Below the pieces are notes generated by a model, which was not told where the DNA came from, searched no databases, and saw only the letters and a list, made by a program, of their open reading frames with translations. Both the position numbers and the translations under genes were made by a program. From the IMG/VR virus record IMGVR_UViG_3300014656_000078, positions 1-35,601 of that record: DNA of 35,601 nt. The stretch is one strand, 5' to 3'. Source of the DNA: a virus. Its lineage: Duplodnaviria > Caudoviricetes. Positions 1-9,983 of this stretch are shown piece after piece; position 1 is the stretch's first letter, and the number at the start of each line of letters is the position of its first letter.

Positions 1-666
1 TACATTCGCAGGAAACGAGAGCGCCTTGGGAATAAGATAGCCATCGGATTTCCGTTGGTAGACCCGACTGTCCCGGTGCAGTTTTTCACATCTTTTGCTG
101 CCATGGATAAGCCTGAATCTTACGCCCTTTTAACTCCGAGATTTCCACACGGTCCTTGGGGTATGTCCATCGCGGACGCCAGGAACTCACTGGTCGAACA
201 AGCACAGATGGACGGTGCCCGATACTTGCTGATGCTCGATACCGATCAGGTATACCCGCATGACACGCTGACTAAACTGTTGTCGCATAAGGTCGACATT
301 TGTGGTGTTAGAGTCCATCGGCGTTGGATGCCGTTCGACCCGATATTCCTGCGGGGAACCCTCGGGAAATACAACAATGTGCCTGACGAGGAGGCATATT
401 CCGGAGATTTGATTGAGATTGATGCAACAGGAACAGGCTGTCTCTTGTTTGATATGCAGATAAGTGATAAAATAGACGGCAAATGGTTTGAATTCGGCAT
501 GGTGGACGGGAGACCCGTTGGCGAAGATATTAATTTTTGCAGTAAGGCCAGATCAGTCGGTGTGAAGATCTTTGTAGACACTTCGATCGAGGTCGGGCAC
601 TTAATAACCATGGAGGTCAACAAGACTTTGCATCAAATGTGCAAGGTTCTGACCCCGAAAACATAG
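1..666 (+). CDS. Glycosyltransferase family 2-like protein (5'-truncated by the window edge)
   Basis: Frame is open from base 1 (YIRRKRERLGNKIAIGFPLV...). It shows a first strand KIAIGFP, ARN, a DxD motif (LMLDTDQ), GTGCLL and GEDINFC, all typical of GT-A/GT2. Confidence 0.8.
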   Translation, partial: YIRRKRERLGNKIAIGFPLVDPTVPVQFFTSFAAMDKPESYALLTPRFPHGPWGMSIADARNSLVEQAQMDGARYLLMLDTDQVYPHDTLTKLLSHKVDICGVRVHRRWMPFDPIFLRGTLGKYNNVPDEEAYSGDLIEIDATGTGCLLFDMQISDKIDGKWFEFGMVDGRPVGEDINFCSKARSVGVKIFVDTSIEVGHLITMEVNKTLHQMCKVLTPKT

Positions 667-676
667 GAGAATAGAT

Positions 677-1126
677 ATGGCTATTGTAGGTAAAGATGGC
701 AAGGTCACTCTCGGGGCCAGTACCGTAGCCGGGATGGGCACTTGGAGTTACGACGGTATTACAACCGAAGAGTTCGATAAATCAGCGTTCGGTGATGAGT
801 GGAAAACATTTTTGTATGGTATGAAAGACGGTGGGACCGTTACTTTTAATGGCCACTATGACCCGACTGACGTTACGGGGCAGCAGGCGTTGCAGCAGGC
901 CAATCTCTATAACTCAGGGCTTACCAGTCTCCGGCTATACGTGGATAATACCAGTTATTATACCCCTTGCGCCACCACCGGGTATTTCAGCCCCACCCTG
1001 ACTACCGGCGCACCCACGGTTCTGAGCTCCGCCGCTATCACCACATTTAACGTGGGGCTGGATAAGTCGGGCCTCGGAACGACTTCATTTACAGCTAAAG
1101 TATCAGGTCTTTTGGTCCTGATTTAA
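677..1126 (+). CDS. Major tail (tube) protein
   Basis: 149 aa, beta-rich, WKTFLYGMKDGGTVTFNG motif typical of sipho tail tube proteins; AGGAG RBS; lies upstream of chaperone and tape measure genes. Confidence 0.8.
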   Translation: MAIVGKDGKVTLGASTVAGMGTWSYDGITTEEFDKSAFGDEWKTFLYGMKDGGTVTFNGHYDPTDVTGQQALQQANLYNSGLTSLRLYVDNTSYYTPCATTGYFSPTLTTGAPTVLSSAAITTFNVGLDKSGLGTTSFTAKVSGLLVLI

Positions 1127-1135
1127 TGAGTTACC

Positions 1136-1198
1136 ATGGCCGGGCCGTTCATGACGGAAAGGGGGGTACTCCCGGCCCCCTCCCGGCCATTTTTATTA
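1136..1198 (+). terminator. GC-rich branched stem-loop followed by a U-rich tract; putative terminator or attenuator
   Basis: ATGGCCGGG (1136-1144) pairs with CCCGGCCAT (1182-1190) and encloses two small hairpins; TTTTATT follows. Confidence 0.55.
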
Positions 1199-1225
1199 AT
1201 TACGGGATAAGGGAGATGTAAAATT

Positions 1226-1684
1226 ATGGCAACAGTTTTTTCACTGAGAGATCCGAATCCAGGCGTATGGTTTAAATTCGATGACACTGACCCTGAATCT
1301 GGTGAGATCTGTATCCGGGCCATGAACAACGAGCAGCGCAAGAAGGTCCAGAAGGTTTGCAATAAAAAACGTGTGGAGTACAAGCACGGGGGGAGATGGG
1401 ATATTATCGATCCAGACGAAGACAGGTTCTCAGAGATGTTGTGGGACTATTGTATTGTCGAGTGGAGGGATCTCACAGAAGACGACGGCACACCCTACAC
1501 TTGTGATTCCGAGACCAAAACCCGCCTGATGCAAACTAATGTCGGCTTCGCCCAGTTCGTCGGGAAGTGCCTGGAACTCCTCGGAGAGCAGGAAGAGGAA
1601 AGGGTGGCCCGGATCGAAAAAAACTTATTGAGCGAGCCGAAAGGCTCAAAGAAAAGCCAAGCTGCGAAAGATGCCGTAAAATAA
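1226..1684 (+). CDS. Tail assembly chaperone (lambda gpG-like)
   Basis: Position between tail tube and tape measure; acidic 152 aa; slippery site near the 3' end. Confidence 0.8.
   Translation: MATVFSLRDPNPGVWFKFDDTDPESGEICIRAMNNEQRKKVQKVCNKKRVEYKHGGRWDIIDPDEDRFSEMLWDYCIVEWRDLTEDDGTPYTCDSETKTRLMQTNVGFAQFVGKCLELLGEQEEERVARIEKNLLSEPKGSKKSQAAKDAVK
1618..1624 (+). other. Programmed -1 ribosomal frameshift site A AAA AAC
   Basis: In-frame codons GAA AAA AAC form an X XXY YYZ heptamer; the -1 frame (ORF 1567..1941) stays open to the tape measure start. Confidence 0.8.
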
Positions 1685-1941
1685 AAGGAGATAACTTTGA
1701 CCCTGAACAATGCAAGATATGTCTGCCGGACTGCTTCACTGAAAACGAAGACGCTATGGAGGTTTATCTAATGGTTCAGGATCAGTTTCTCATGAGCATG
1801 AACGGCCCGGTGGCGCTGAATCAAATGGCAGTACACTCCGCCATGGATCTGGTAGGTGTTGAGTTCAGAGAAGACTGTTTCCGGAAGGTGGTGAATTTAG
1901 GTAGGCATTTCGTATCTAAGATGAGAGAGGCGCAGAAATGA
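1618..1941 (+). CDS. Tail assembly chaperone frameshift extension (gpGT-like C-terminal part)
   Basis: The -1 frame reads KKLIERAERLKEKPSCERC...CKIC...QDQFLMSMNGPVALNQ and overlaps the tape measure start (ATGA). Confidence 0.7.
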   Translation, partial: KKLIERAERLKEKPSCERCRKIKGDNFDPEQCKICLPDCFTENEDAMEVYLMVQDQFLMSMNGPVALNQMAVHSAMDLVGVEFREDCFRKVVNLGRHFVSKMREAQK

Positions 1942-4900
1942 CAACGATTGGGAGTATTTATGTCCAGGTAAAAGGGGACACCACTCAGTTCGAGAAGGAT
2001 ATGTCGACCCTGCGTACCCAGGCGAAGAAATCCGGAACTGAGGTCAGTAATGCTCTGAACAATGCTATTACTCCCCGGACTGCCGCCAAAGGTATCCAAG
2101 ATCTGTCAGTTGATCTGTCTCGACTCGCTCAATCTGCTAAGTCCTCCAGCCAGGGGTTCACTCAGTCGGCCACTCAGATAGCATCCGGTTTATCAAGTGT
2201 GGCCAAGCAAGCCGGTATCACTGAAGCGCAGTACGCCTCTATGGTCGAAAAGATGTTACGGAACAGGGCTTTAACGACGGCCACAACCTCGTTAAAGACC
2301 CTTTCCAACGCCATGGGTCTGACAGCCAAAGAGTCCCGTGCGCTCGCTATTCAGATGGGCTACTCAAGCTCACAGGCTGATAAGATGGCAGGGTCCGTTA
2401 AAAATATGCAGAGCCGTATGTCTGGAGCCCACACAACTGCTGGTAACTTCACTCGCTCCATAGGTATGATGACTGCCGAACTTATCGGCTTCGGGTCTGC
2501 CATAGCTGCCGCCTATACCATCAAAGAGCTCGGGATTGCGATTTATAAGACCGGGCAGGAAACGCTCGTTGCCAACAACGCCTACAAAGCTATTACGGGG
2601 TCCGTCCAGGCGGCGGAGAAGGAAATGGCTTTCCTCCGGCAGACATCCGGTGAGTTGGGGCTGAACTTCTATACGTTGAGAGATGGTTACAAAGGGTTCC
2701 TCGCCGCTGCTCAGTCCAGTAAGATCCCAATGGATGAGGTTCAGAAAATATTCCGTTCGATCTCAAATGCTTCTGCCGTTATGGGGCTTTCCGCCGAAAA
2801 GACCAGTTTAGTTTTCCTCGCCTTGGAACAGATGATGTCGAAAGGTAAGGTCAGTATGGAAGAAATCCGCCGTCAGATGGGTGACTCGCTTCCAGGTGCT
2901 TTCCAGATCGGTGCAAGAGCCATGGGTATGACTGTCGAGGCTTTCGACAAGGCTGTCAGCGCCGGAGAAGTTTACTCAGAAGATTTCCTACCTAAGTTCC
3001 GTGTGGCCATGGAGGAGAGTTTCCAGGGGACTATCGCTGATTCCGTCCGGGCATTGAACGAACTCGCTATGGCATGGGAAGACGCAAAGAATCAAATGGC
3101 CCAGGGAGACTTCATGGGATCTATCGTCGATGGTATGCGCGAGATCACTGTGATGCTGAAAGACCCAGATTTACTCAGAGGCCTCGCTGATTTTACAGGT
3201 ATGATGGGAAAACTGGTAGCTCTCGCCGGAAAGTACGCCGCGTTCCAGGGAAAGAGTTTCGGCACAGCTATGCTCCAGAATGAAGCGGGTAGACTGCAAG
3301 GCGCCGGTTTCGTCGGTGCTGAAATTTGGGATCTGTCAGAAGATCAGATGCGGTCAATCGTGGCTTATTATCAAGAAGTAGAAAAATTGTCAGCTTCTGC
3401 CGCTGAGAAAATGGCTACGAATGCCGAAGGAGCTAAAGACCAAGTTGTAGTCACAACACAAGAAGCAAAAGCTGCCCTAATGACTGCTGAGGCGGAACTC
3501 AGAGCGTTCATGTCCGATCAATCAAGTTTGTTCCCTGGGCCAAGCTATTACAACACTCTCAATGAGTTAGAAGATAAGGTGAGTGATGTAAAATCAAAAT
3601 TAAGCGAACAACTCACAACTGATTCTTGGTTGATAAAAGCCAGAGAAGAAATGCAAGCCCTTCTAATTGCGGCCAATGCAATACCTCTCGATCCGCTAAT
3701 TCAGAAGCTGGAGGCTGATCGAAAGGCAATCAACGCCGCAGCCGATGCGATAGAAGAAGATGTGATGAAACGCATTGCTAAGACTGACGATGCGAAGCTC
3801 GCCAGTTACAAAGCAGACCTCGCTGCGTATAGAGCTTCAGGACGGGGCAAAAAAGAAATCGAAATTCAGTTGAACGCGGATATCAAAGCTATTCATGACA
3901 AACGGAACGAAGCTGCTGAACGCTCTGAGAAAGCTAAGATAAGAGAAGTTGATGCTGCGCTGAAAGACTATTTTGAATACGAGAAGGAAGCCATCAAAGA
4001 AATTGAGGAGTGGAATAAAACTCTGCTTAAATCTAAACTTGAGAACATTCAGATAGAAGAGGACGCGAGGGAAGAATACTGGAAGAATGAAATCGAGTTG
4101 ATGAATAAAGTAGTCGCGAAAGAAAAGAAAGAATATGAGCAAAAAATAAAAGATGAGGAGAAAGCACAGAAAAAGGCCCTCGATAAGCAAGAAAAAGCCT
4201 TTCAACACATGTATGATAACATCCATGATATTCATGCTGAGTTGTGGTTAGACTTCCTGGACGGCGGAGAGAACGCTTTCGACATCCTTCTGAAGACCGC
4301 TAAGAAAACCTTTGCGCAGATATTGGCCACATGGTCATCAAACATAATGATGAATGTCTTGGTGGGTGGAAATTCTGGAGCAGCTATGGGTTCCGGTGGG
4401 GGGGTTCTCGGAGCATTAGGACTCAATGGTGGGGGTGGTTTCGGGGTGTTTGATGCCTTATCTGCCGGAAAGACCATGTGGAGTGCTTTCTCTGGAGGGA
4501 TGGAGTCTTCCGCTTATAATTTTCTTACTGGAATTGGGGTCCCGGGTGCGGTTGGGTACACATCGGCAATAGCCCCAGCAGCCGCCAGTGCCGCCAATGC
4601 CGCCGCTTATTCCGGAGCGAGTATAGCGAGTGCGGGTGCTCCGAGCATGGGCATCGCTGGCGGGATTGCTTCCGCCGTACCGTATCTCGCGCTTGCCGCG
4701 GGTGCTGTCATGCTGATATCAAAACTGCTCGAAGATGACCCTGACCCCTATATCGGGATGCAGTCGGGACATTTTGATCAGGAAAATTATGGCCAGGGGT
4801 CTTTTAATTCAAAGAAATTCAACTTTCTAACTTTTGCACAAGATATGGGCCCGGATATGTCCATGGCCTTCCGGGATTATTTTGACGACAGATTCACGCT

Positions 4901-7085
4901 GGTTGATGATGCGCTGAAAGGTGCTCTAAAAACGACCCTCGAAAAATACAGTGTGAACGGCCCGAACAATGGCTGGATAGACGCAGAAGGCAAGAGTGCT
5001 GAAGTCCTGCTAAAAGCGGTGAGTGATAATGTTTTCAGCAGCATCTTAGAGGGCTTAAAGCTCGAAACTTTCGGGACGGGATTCGAGTCTTTTGATATTG
5101 ATTTTTTCAAATCGCTCAAAGGCGAGCAGGACGATCTGTTTCAGGCTTTTGTGAACTTCAACGCAGTAGTATCAAATACTACGGACTTCTTGAGTCAATT
5201 CACTCGGCAAGTAGAAGTGTTTGGGGAGACCACTCTTGATGCATTCACAAACGTCCAGACTATATCCTCCTTAACCACACTGTTTGATTTATTGGATATG
5301 ACCGACGAAGAGCGTGCGATTAAAGCGGTAAACGACCAATTTGATATATATGTTAAAACACTCGAAAACGCCAACGCGGAAGTGGAACTGCTGGTTAGAT
5401 TAGAAGGTCTGCGCAACAAGGCTCTTGAGGCCCTGTCCCCCATAATTGATAAGACAGCCACATTTGCGGAAGGCATGATCCGCTATAACAAAGCCTTGAA
5501 CAGTTCGTACTTGCCGTCAGGAGACCTGTTACTGAAATCTATCGTAGAGTCTTCAGATGGGCTGGAAACGTGGGCGGCCTCCATTGATTTACTGAATGTG
5601 AGCATCAAATCAGAGGATGATAACCTATATGATTTTATTCAGGCTCTCGCCGGTGTGTCCACAGCTTACACCGAATTAAATAAATTATTTTACGCCGGCG
5701 AGATCAGCGTGACTGAGTATAATTCGTTGCTCGGAGAAACTTTGGCTCTGTACAACCAATCGATTTCAGGCATAACCGCAGCCAAGAACGCATATAAAGA
5801 TTTCATGGATTCAATAGAGGACTATCTTGGTTCACTCACTGACTCAACTGAAATAATAAATCTGTCGTATGAGCGAGCTAAGAGGGCGTTCGGCAGTACG
5901 TTAGGTGATTCTGGTAATAAAGAGAATTTGTTACGGGACGCTGAAGCATTCCGTGAGGCAAGTCAGAGATACTCAGGGTCTCAGTATAACTACCAACGTG
6001 ACTTGGGAACCATCAGGAGATCACTCTCCTCCGCCATGGAAGATACTGAAGAAGAGATCGAAACCATCGATAAACTCCTGGAGGAAGCACAAATCCAGAC
6101 GCTATCGATAGATGATCTCGGGTCGGCGATGTATGATAATTCAGGTCTACTCAATGCTATAAATGTGGAACTGGAAGACTACCACTCCGAAGCAGCAGTT
6201 GTGGCTAAAATGACCCTCGATTGGTTCGAGAAGGGCTATATCAGCACTGAGGAAATGTTGCGGCATCTGGCGGAACTGTCCGAATTCTCAGCAAGGGAGC
6301 CGGAACTATTAGACGCCAGGTCTCTCGCAGATCGAGAAGCACAGGGGCTGCTGTTCGGGCAGTATCTTGGGGATCAAGCGCCGATCTCACAGACATTGTA
6401 TGCCATTTCAGATTACGAAATAGAAAAAGTAGCGCAAGTATCCAGGGATGAATTGGCGTTCTTTGCAGACTTATCAGATTCGGAAATGAGGGCTCAACAA
6501 TCTTTATTTCAATCCTTCCTGGGGGGAGGGTCTGCTTTGGCCAATGCGCTTGCCGCCGTCCAAACATCACCCCCTGCACCGGCGGTACCTACAGGGGCGT
6601 CATTATACGACCAGATAACTTCTAAAGCAACTTTCACATCTTCGGGGTATTTTGACCTGAACATTCCGACCCAGGCGGCGATGATAGACCCAGGCGGGTA
6701 CTGGGATTTTGGGACTCAGTTCAATAACATTCTTGGGGAGATGGGAATGTTGAACGCGGCATTTCCCAATTTCATTATCTCCGACGCCCAAATATCGGCC
6801 GGTGGCACAAACCTTCCAGACTGGTTGAACTTGCCAGGCTATGCCGACGGAGGATTGGCTTCGGGGCCCGAATCCGGGTATCCGGTAATGCTACACGGAG
6901 ATGAATTGATCGTTCCGATTAACAATAAACAAACCAGCAGCCACACCGCTGCTGAGATAAAATCCCTGCGGGAAGAACTGAGAGCCGCAAATATTGAGAT
7001 CATAAAGACGAACAAACAGTTACTGAAAATCCTCGATAGGGTGAACCAAGGGAAAGACACAATCAGAATAACGGCGGTGGCATAA
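1938..7085 (+). CDS. Tail tape measure protein
   Basis: 1715 aa, Ala/Gly-rich and helical; N-terminal IGSIYVQVKGDTTQF; tape-measure domain (ALEQMMSKGKVSMEEIRRQMGDSLPGA); C-terminal YADGG...LHGDELIVP. Confidence 0.95.
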   Translation: MTTIGSIYVQVKGDTTQFEKDMSTLRTQAKKSGTEVSNALNNAITPRTAAKGIQDLSVDLSRLAQSAKSSSQGFTQSATQIASGLSSVAKQAGITEAQYASMVEKMLRNRALTTATTSLKTLSNAMGLTAKESRALAIQMGYSSSQADKMAGSVKNMQSRMSGAHTTAGNFTRSIGMMTAELIGFGSAIAAAYTIKELGIAIYKTGQETLVANNAYKAITGSVQAAEKEMAFLRQTSGELGLNFYTLRDGYKGFLAAAQSSKIPMDEVQKIFRSISNASAVMGLSAEKTSLVFLALEQMMSKGKVSMEEIRRQMGDSLPGAFQIGARAMGMTVEAFDKAVSAGEVYSEDFLPKFRVAMEESFQGTIADSVRALNELAMAWEDAKNQMAQGDFMGSIVDGMREITVMLKDPDLLRGLADFTGMMGKLVALAGKYAAFQGKSFGTAMLQNEAGRLQGAGFVGAEIWDLSEDQMRSIVAYYQEVEKLSASAAEKMATNAEGAKDQVVVTTQEAKAALMTAEAELRAFMSDQSSLFPGPSYYNTLNELEDKVSDVKSKLSEQLTTDSWLIKAREEMQALLIAANAIPLDPLIQKLEADRKAINAAADAIEEDVMKRIAKTDDAKLASYKADLAAYRASGRGKKEIEIQLNADIKAIHDKRNEAAERSEKAKIREVDAALKDYFEYEKEAIKEIEEWNKTLLKSKLENIQIEEDAREEYWKNEIELMNKVVAKEKKEYEQKIKDEEKAQKKALDKQEKAFQHMYDNIHDIHAELWLDFLDGGENAFDILLKTAKKTFAQILATWSSNIMMNVLVGGNSGAAMGSGGGVLGALGLNGGGGFGVFDALSAGKTMWSAFSGGMESSAYNFLTGIGVPGAVGYTSAIAPAAASAANAAAYSGASIASAGAPSMGIAGGIASAVPYLALAAGAVMLISKLLEDDPDPYIGMQSGHFDQENYGQGSFNSKKFNFLTFAQDMGPDMSMAFRDYFDDRFTLVDDALKGALKTTLEKYSVNGPNNGWIDAEGKSAEVLLKAVSDNVFSSILEGLKLETFGTGFESFDIDFFKSLKGEQDDLFQAFVNFNAVVSNTTDFLSQFTRQVEVFGETTLDAFTNVQTISSLTTLFDLLDMTDEERAIKAVNDQFDIYVKTLENANAEVELLVRLEGLRNKALEALSPIIDKTATFAEGMIRYNKALNSSYLPSGDLLLKSIVESSDGLETWAASIDLLNVSIKSEDDNLYDFIQALAGVSTAYTELNKLFYAGEISVTEYNSLLGETLALYNQSISGITAAKNAYKDFMDSIEDYLGSLTDSTEIINLSYERAKRAFGSTLGDSGNKENLLRDAEAFREASQRYSGSQYNYQRDLGTIRRSLSSAMEDTEEEIETIDKLLEEAQIQTLSIDDLGSAMYDNSGLLNAINVELEDYHSEAAVVAKMTLDWFEKGYISTEEMLRHLAELSEFSAREPELLDARSLADREAQGLLFGQYLGDQAPISQTLYAISDYEIEKVAQVSRDELAFFADLSDSEMRAQQSLFQSFLGGGSALANALAAVQTSPPAPAVPTGASLYDQITSKATFTSSGYFDLNIPTQAAMIDPGGYWDFGTQFNNILGEMGMLNAAFPNFIISDAQISAGGTNLPDWLNLPGYADGGLASGPESGYPVMLHGDELIVPINNKQTSSHTAAEIKSLREELRAANIEIIKTNKQLLKILDRVNQGKDTIRITAVA

Positions 7086-8590
7086 TGAGAGTAATAGTAC
7101 CCAAGATCACAAATCTTTTGGCGAGCAGCATAACCGAGGATCTGACCGATTGGTCGACTTTAACCGCGTATGCTTCAGGGGCGCAGGCATATGTCCTGAA
7201 GTCTGATTTTCCTGAGTTGATTACCGGGAGCGATTGTTTTTTTAATACGTTTTCAACAGACGGTGCTGAGTGGTCCTTCAGTGCTACAAACACCCGATAC
7301 GACTGTGATGGCTCTCAGGCCGGGACGAGCAAGTTGTATCAAGCTATCCCAGCGTCAAAACTGGTAACAGGCGATCAGTTTCTGGTTGAATTTGAAGTAG
7401 CTGCGTTTACCGCTGGAACAGTCGCGGGTTATGTCGCTGGAGTCGCGGGTGCTAATGCGTCTGCTGTAGGATACTATCAGCAATTAATAGTAGCAGGGAG
7501 TACGAACCTGTTCGTCGGAGTTGTAGTAAGTGCCGATTTTGTAGGCTCGGTCACAAACATATCTGTAAAAAAAGCGGGCATAAATTGCCAACGAGATATT
7601 TACGAATCCCAGACTTCCCAAACCGGCAACTTCCCCCCGGCCGATGACTTTACAAACTGGGTGAGACGGTCGGCCTCTGTTAGATGGAGGATGTTCGATG
7701 ACTACACCAACACGCAGTCCGCGGCCCCAGATATTATTCACACGAAAGTTGATAGCTCTAAATGCGACGCGCTCGCCCTGTTCGGTGTTGAGGGGACGAA
7801 CACACAGGTAATAGTAACAGAGAACTCCACAAACTATATCGGAACGTCAGTAACAAGTGTGGCAATAGGAACTGGTGCGAAGAGTTTTACTGCCTCAACC
7901 GGCAAACTATGGGCGGTAGGTGACACGGTAGAAATAGAAAATACTGCGGATATCCTGAAATTTATGCTGGGAACTGTGACTACGTATAACTCGGGTACAG
8001 GGGCTCTCGAAGTAACTGTTACGGATACTCAGGGGTCAGGGACACTGAACGCCTGGACAATCCATTACGTTTATTCCAATACATCATACGATTTAGTTGC
8101 TACAGAATCTATATCCTGGAGTGATTATTTTTTCTCGGAAATTCGATATCAAACTTCAGCAACGAAAACCTTCTCGCTGTCTTATAACTCTTCTTGTCGG
8201 GTCATAAGTACCGGGGCAACGAATCAGACGGTTCGCACAGGGCATGAGTTGGTTGGAACGAGTAAGTACCTCGGTGAAACAATGCCCGGAATATCTGCCG
8301 GGATATCGGATTATTCTATCATAGAGACGAACGCTTACGGGGAGACTTATCTATCTCAGGGGGCTTTCGCTAAAAAACTCAGTTTCAATTTCAGAGTAGC
8401 CACTGGCAGTATAGATAAAGTGTACGATACTTTATCTCAGTTGAGGGGGATCCCCTGTGCCTGGGATGCGAACAATGACGGAACGGATCTTTCATTGCCT
8501 GTAGCTTATGGTATTTATGACGATTTTACGGAAGTAGTGACGCTGCTTAATTACACAATTGTTTCAGTCAGTATAAAAGGTTTAATATAG
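7085..8590 (+). CDS. Minor tail / distal tail tip protein with probable inserted beta-sandwich modules
   Basis: Directly follows the tape measure gene; Thr/Ser/Gly-rich beta character; DYS...NAYG.TY motif seen in sipho tail proteins. Confidence 0.65.
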   Translation: MRVIVPKITNLLASSITEDLTDWSTLTAYASGAQAYVLKSDFPELITGSDCFFNTFSTDGAEWSFSATNTRYDCDGSQAGTSKLYQAIPASKLVTGDQFLVEFEVAAFTAGTVAGYVAGVAGANASAVGYYQQLIVAGSTNLFVGVVVSADFVGSVTNISVKKAGINCQRDIYESQTSQTGNFPPADDFTNWVRRSASVRWRMFDDYTNTQSAAPDIIHTKVDSSKCDALALFGVEGTNTQVIVTENSTNYIGTSVTSVAIGTGAKSFTASTGKLWAVGDTVEIENTADILKFMLGTVTTYNSGTGALEVTVTDTQGSGTLNAWTIHYVYSNTSYDLVATESISWSDYFFSEIRYQTSATKTFSLSYNSSCRVISTGATNQTVRTGHELVGTSKYLGETMPGISAGISDYSIIETNAYGETYLSQGAFAKKLSFNFRVATGSIDKVYDTLSQLRGIPCAWDANNDGTDLSLPVAYGIYDDFTEVVTLLNYTIVSVSIKGLI

Positions 8591-8600
8591 GAGATATGAT

Positions 8601-9983
8601 ATGACAGCTTATCAAATTACACAAACAATCACTGATCCAGGGGTGGCTCCGCAGAGGACGGACCCTGACAACTTTGATGCCCGGGCGGACGCATTTACTT
8701 CAGCTCTGGCAGCATGGGGGGCAGCAGGCACTGGGGATCTGAATGTGCTTAGAGACCAAATGAATGCTCTGTCAACTGCGGTTAATGGGTATTCTGTTGC
8801 GGCTGACGCCAGCGCTGTAACCTCTGCGGCTCAAGCGGTTTTGGCAGCAGCAAGCGCAACGGCAGCAGAGAATGCCAGCAATGCCACGGCATATGACACA
8901 GGAATTGTCGGAGGGTACGCTGTTGGAGATGTAGTGTATTCCACGGCTGGAAATTCCTACAGGTGTATTCAGGTTCAGGCAGAGGGGGCTGTTGAAGCGC
9001 TGTCCAATGCTGCATACTGGACTTTGCTAGGTGGAAAGACATTGTTGGTTAAAGAAGACAGGACGTCAAACACTGTTCTTGCTGCTACTGATTTCGGAAA
9101 GAGGTTGGACATTACATCCGGCACATTCACCCAGACCTTTACGGCTGCTGCAACACTTGGCTCGGGTTGGTATTTAATATACGGCAATTCCGGCACTGGG
9201 AATATCACACTTGACCCGGATGGAACTGATGAAATTGACGGGCTGACTGATTACATCGTGTACCCCGGAGAGGTCCGGATTATCCAATGCGATGGAACTG
9301 GATTTAACTCTGTTGTTTTAAATTCCTTTTATCTCGAAGTTTTAACAACTTCAACTTTCGTTACACCACCTGGATATCCAGTCTTTGGGTCTATAATTTG
9401 GAGCGGGGCAGGATCAGGTGCGAGTACAGATACCCCGGCAGGAAACGCTATGGGAGGTGCTGGCGGTGGATGCTTTAGGTTTGAATTACCATCAGATTTA
9501 TTCGGCGCTACCGAAACTGTGACTATTGGGGCTGGCGGGGCTTCTGTCACTGGGACAATTGGCTTGGTTGGTGGCAATTCGTCCATAGGAACAATCGCGA
9601 TTGTTTATGCTGGCGCAGCCCCATATACCGGGGGGTCAGTATTATCTGGTGCGGCTGTGTCCACTAGTCCTGCGGAATCTGCGGGGGCGAATGGGGCAAC
9701 CAACGGAATACCTTCTATTTGGGGTGGGGCGGGGCCTTCGTCATCAGGCGGAGCTTCAATTTTAGGTAATTCAGTTCACGGCGGGGCCGCGGGTGGAACA
9801 CATGACGGAACAAACGCCAGGGCTGGTGGTACCTCTGTTTATGGAGGTGACGGTGGGGCAGCGTCCGTTACGGGGGCTGCTACTGCCGGGTCAGTACCTG
9901 GCGGGGGTGGCGGGATGTCAAAAGGCGCCCATGCTTCTGGGGCTGGTGGAAATGGAAAAGCTATTATTTGGGGGATAATATAA
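8601..9983 (+). CDS. Tail fibre / receptor-binding protein with Gly-rich C-terminal domain
   Basis: N-terminal PQRTDPDNFDARADAF anchor, Ala-rich stalk and GGAGGG repeats. Confidence 0.75.
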   Translation: MTAYQITQTITDPGVAPQRTDPDNFDARADAFTSALAAWGAAGTGDLNVLRDQMNALSTAVNGYSVAADASAVTSAAQAVLAAASATAAENASNATAYDTGIVGGYAVGDVVYSTAGNSYRCIQVQAEGAVEALSNAAYWTLLGGKTLLVKEDRTSNTVLAATDFGKRLDITSGTFTQTFTAAATLGSGWYLIYGNSGTGNITLDPDGTDEIDGLTDYIVYPGEVRIIQCDGTGFNSVVLNSFYLEVLTTSTFVTPPGYPVFGSIIWSGAGSGASTDTPAGNAMGGAGGGCFRFELPSDLFGATETVTIGAGGASVTGTIGLVGGNSSIGTIAIVYAGAAPYTGGSVLSGAAVSTSPAESAGANGATNGIPSIWGGAGPSSSGGASILGNSVHGGAAGGTHDGTNARAGGTSVYGGDGGAASVTGAATAGSVPGGGGGMSKGAHASGAGGNGKAIIWGII

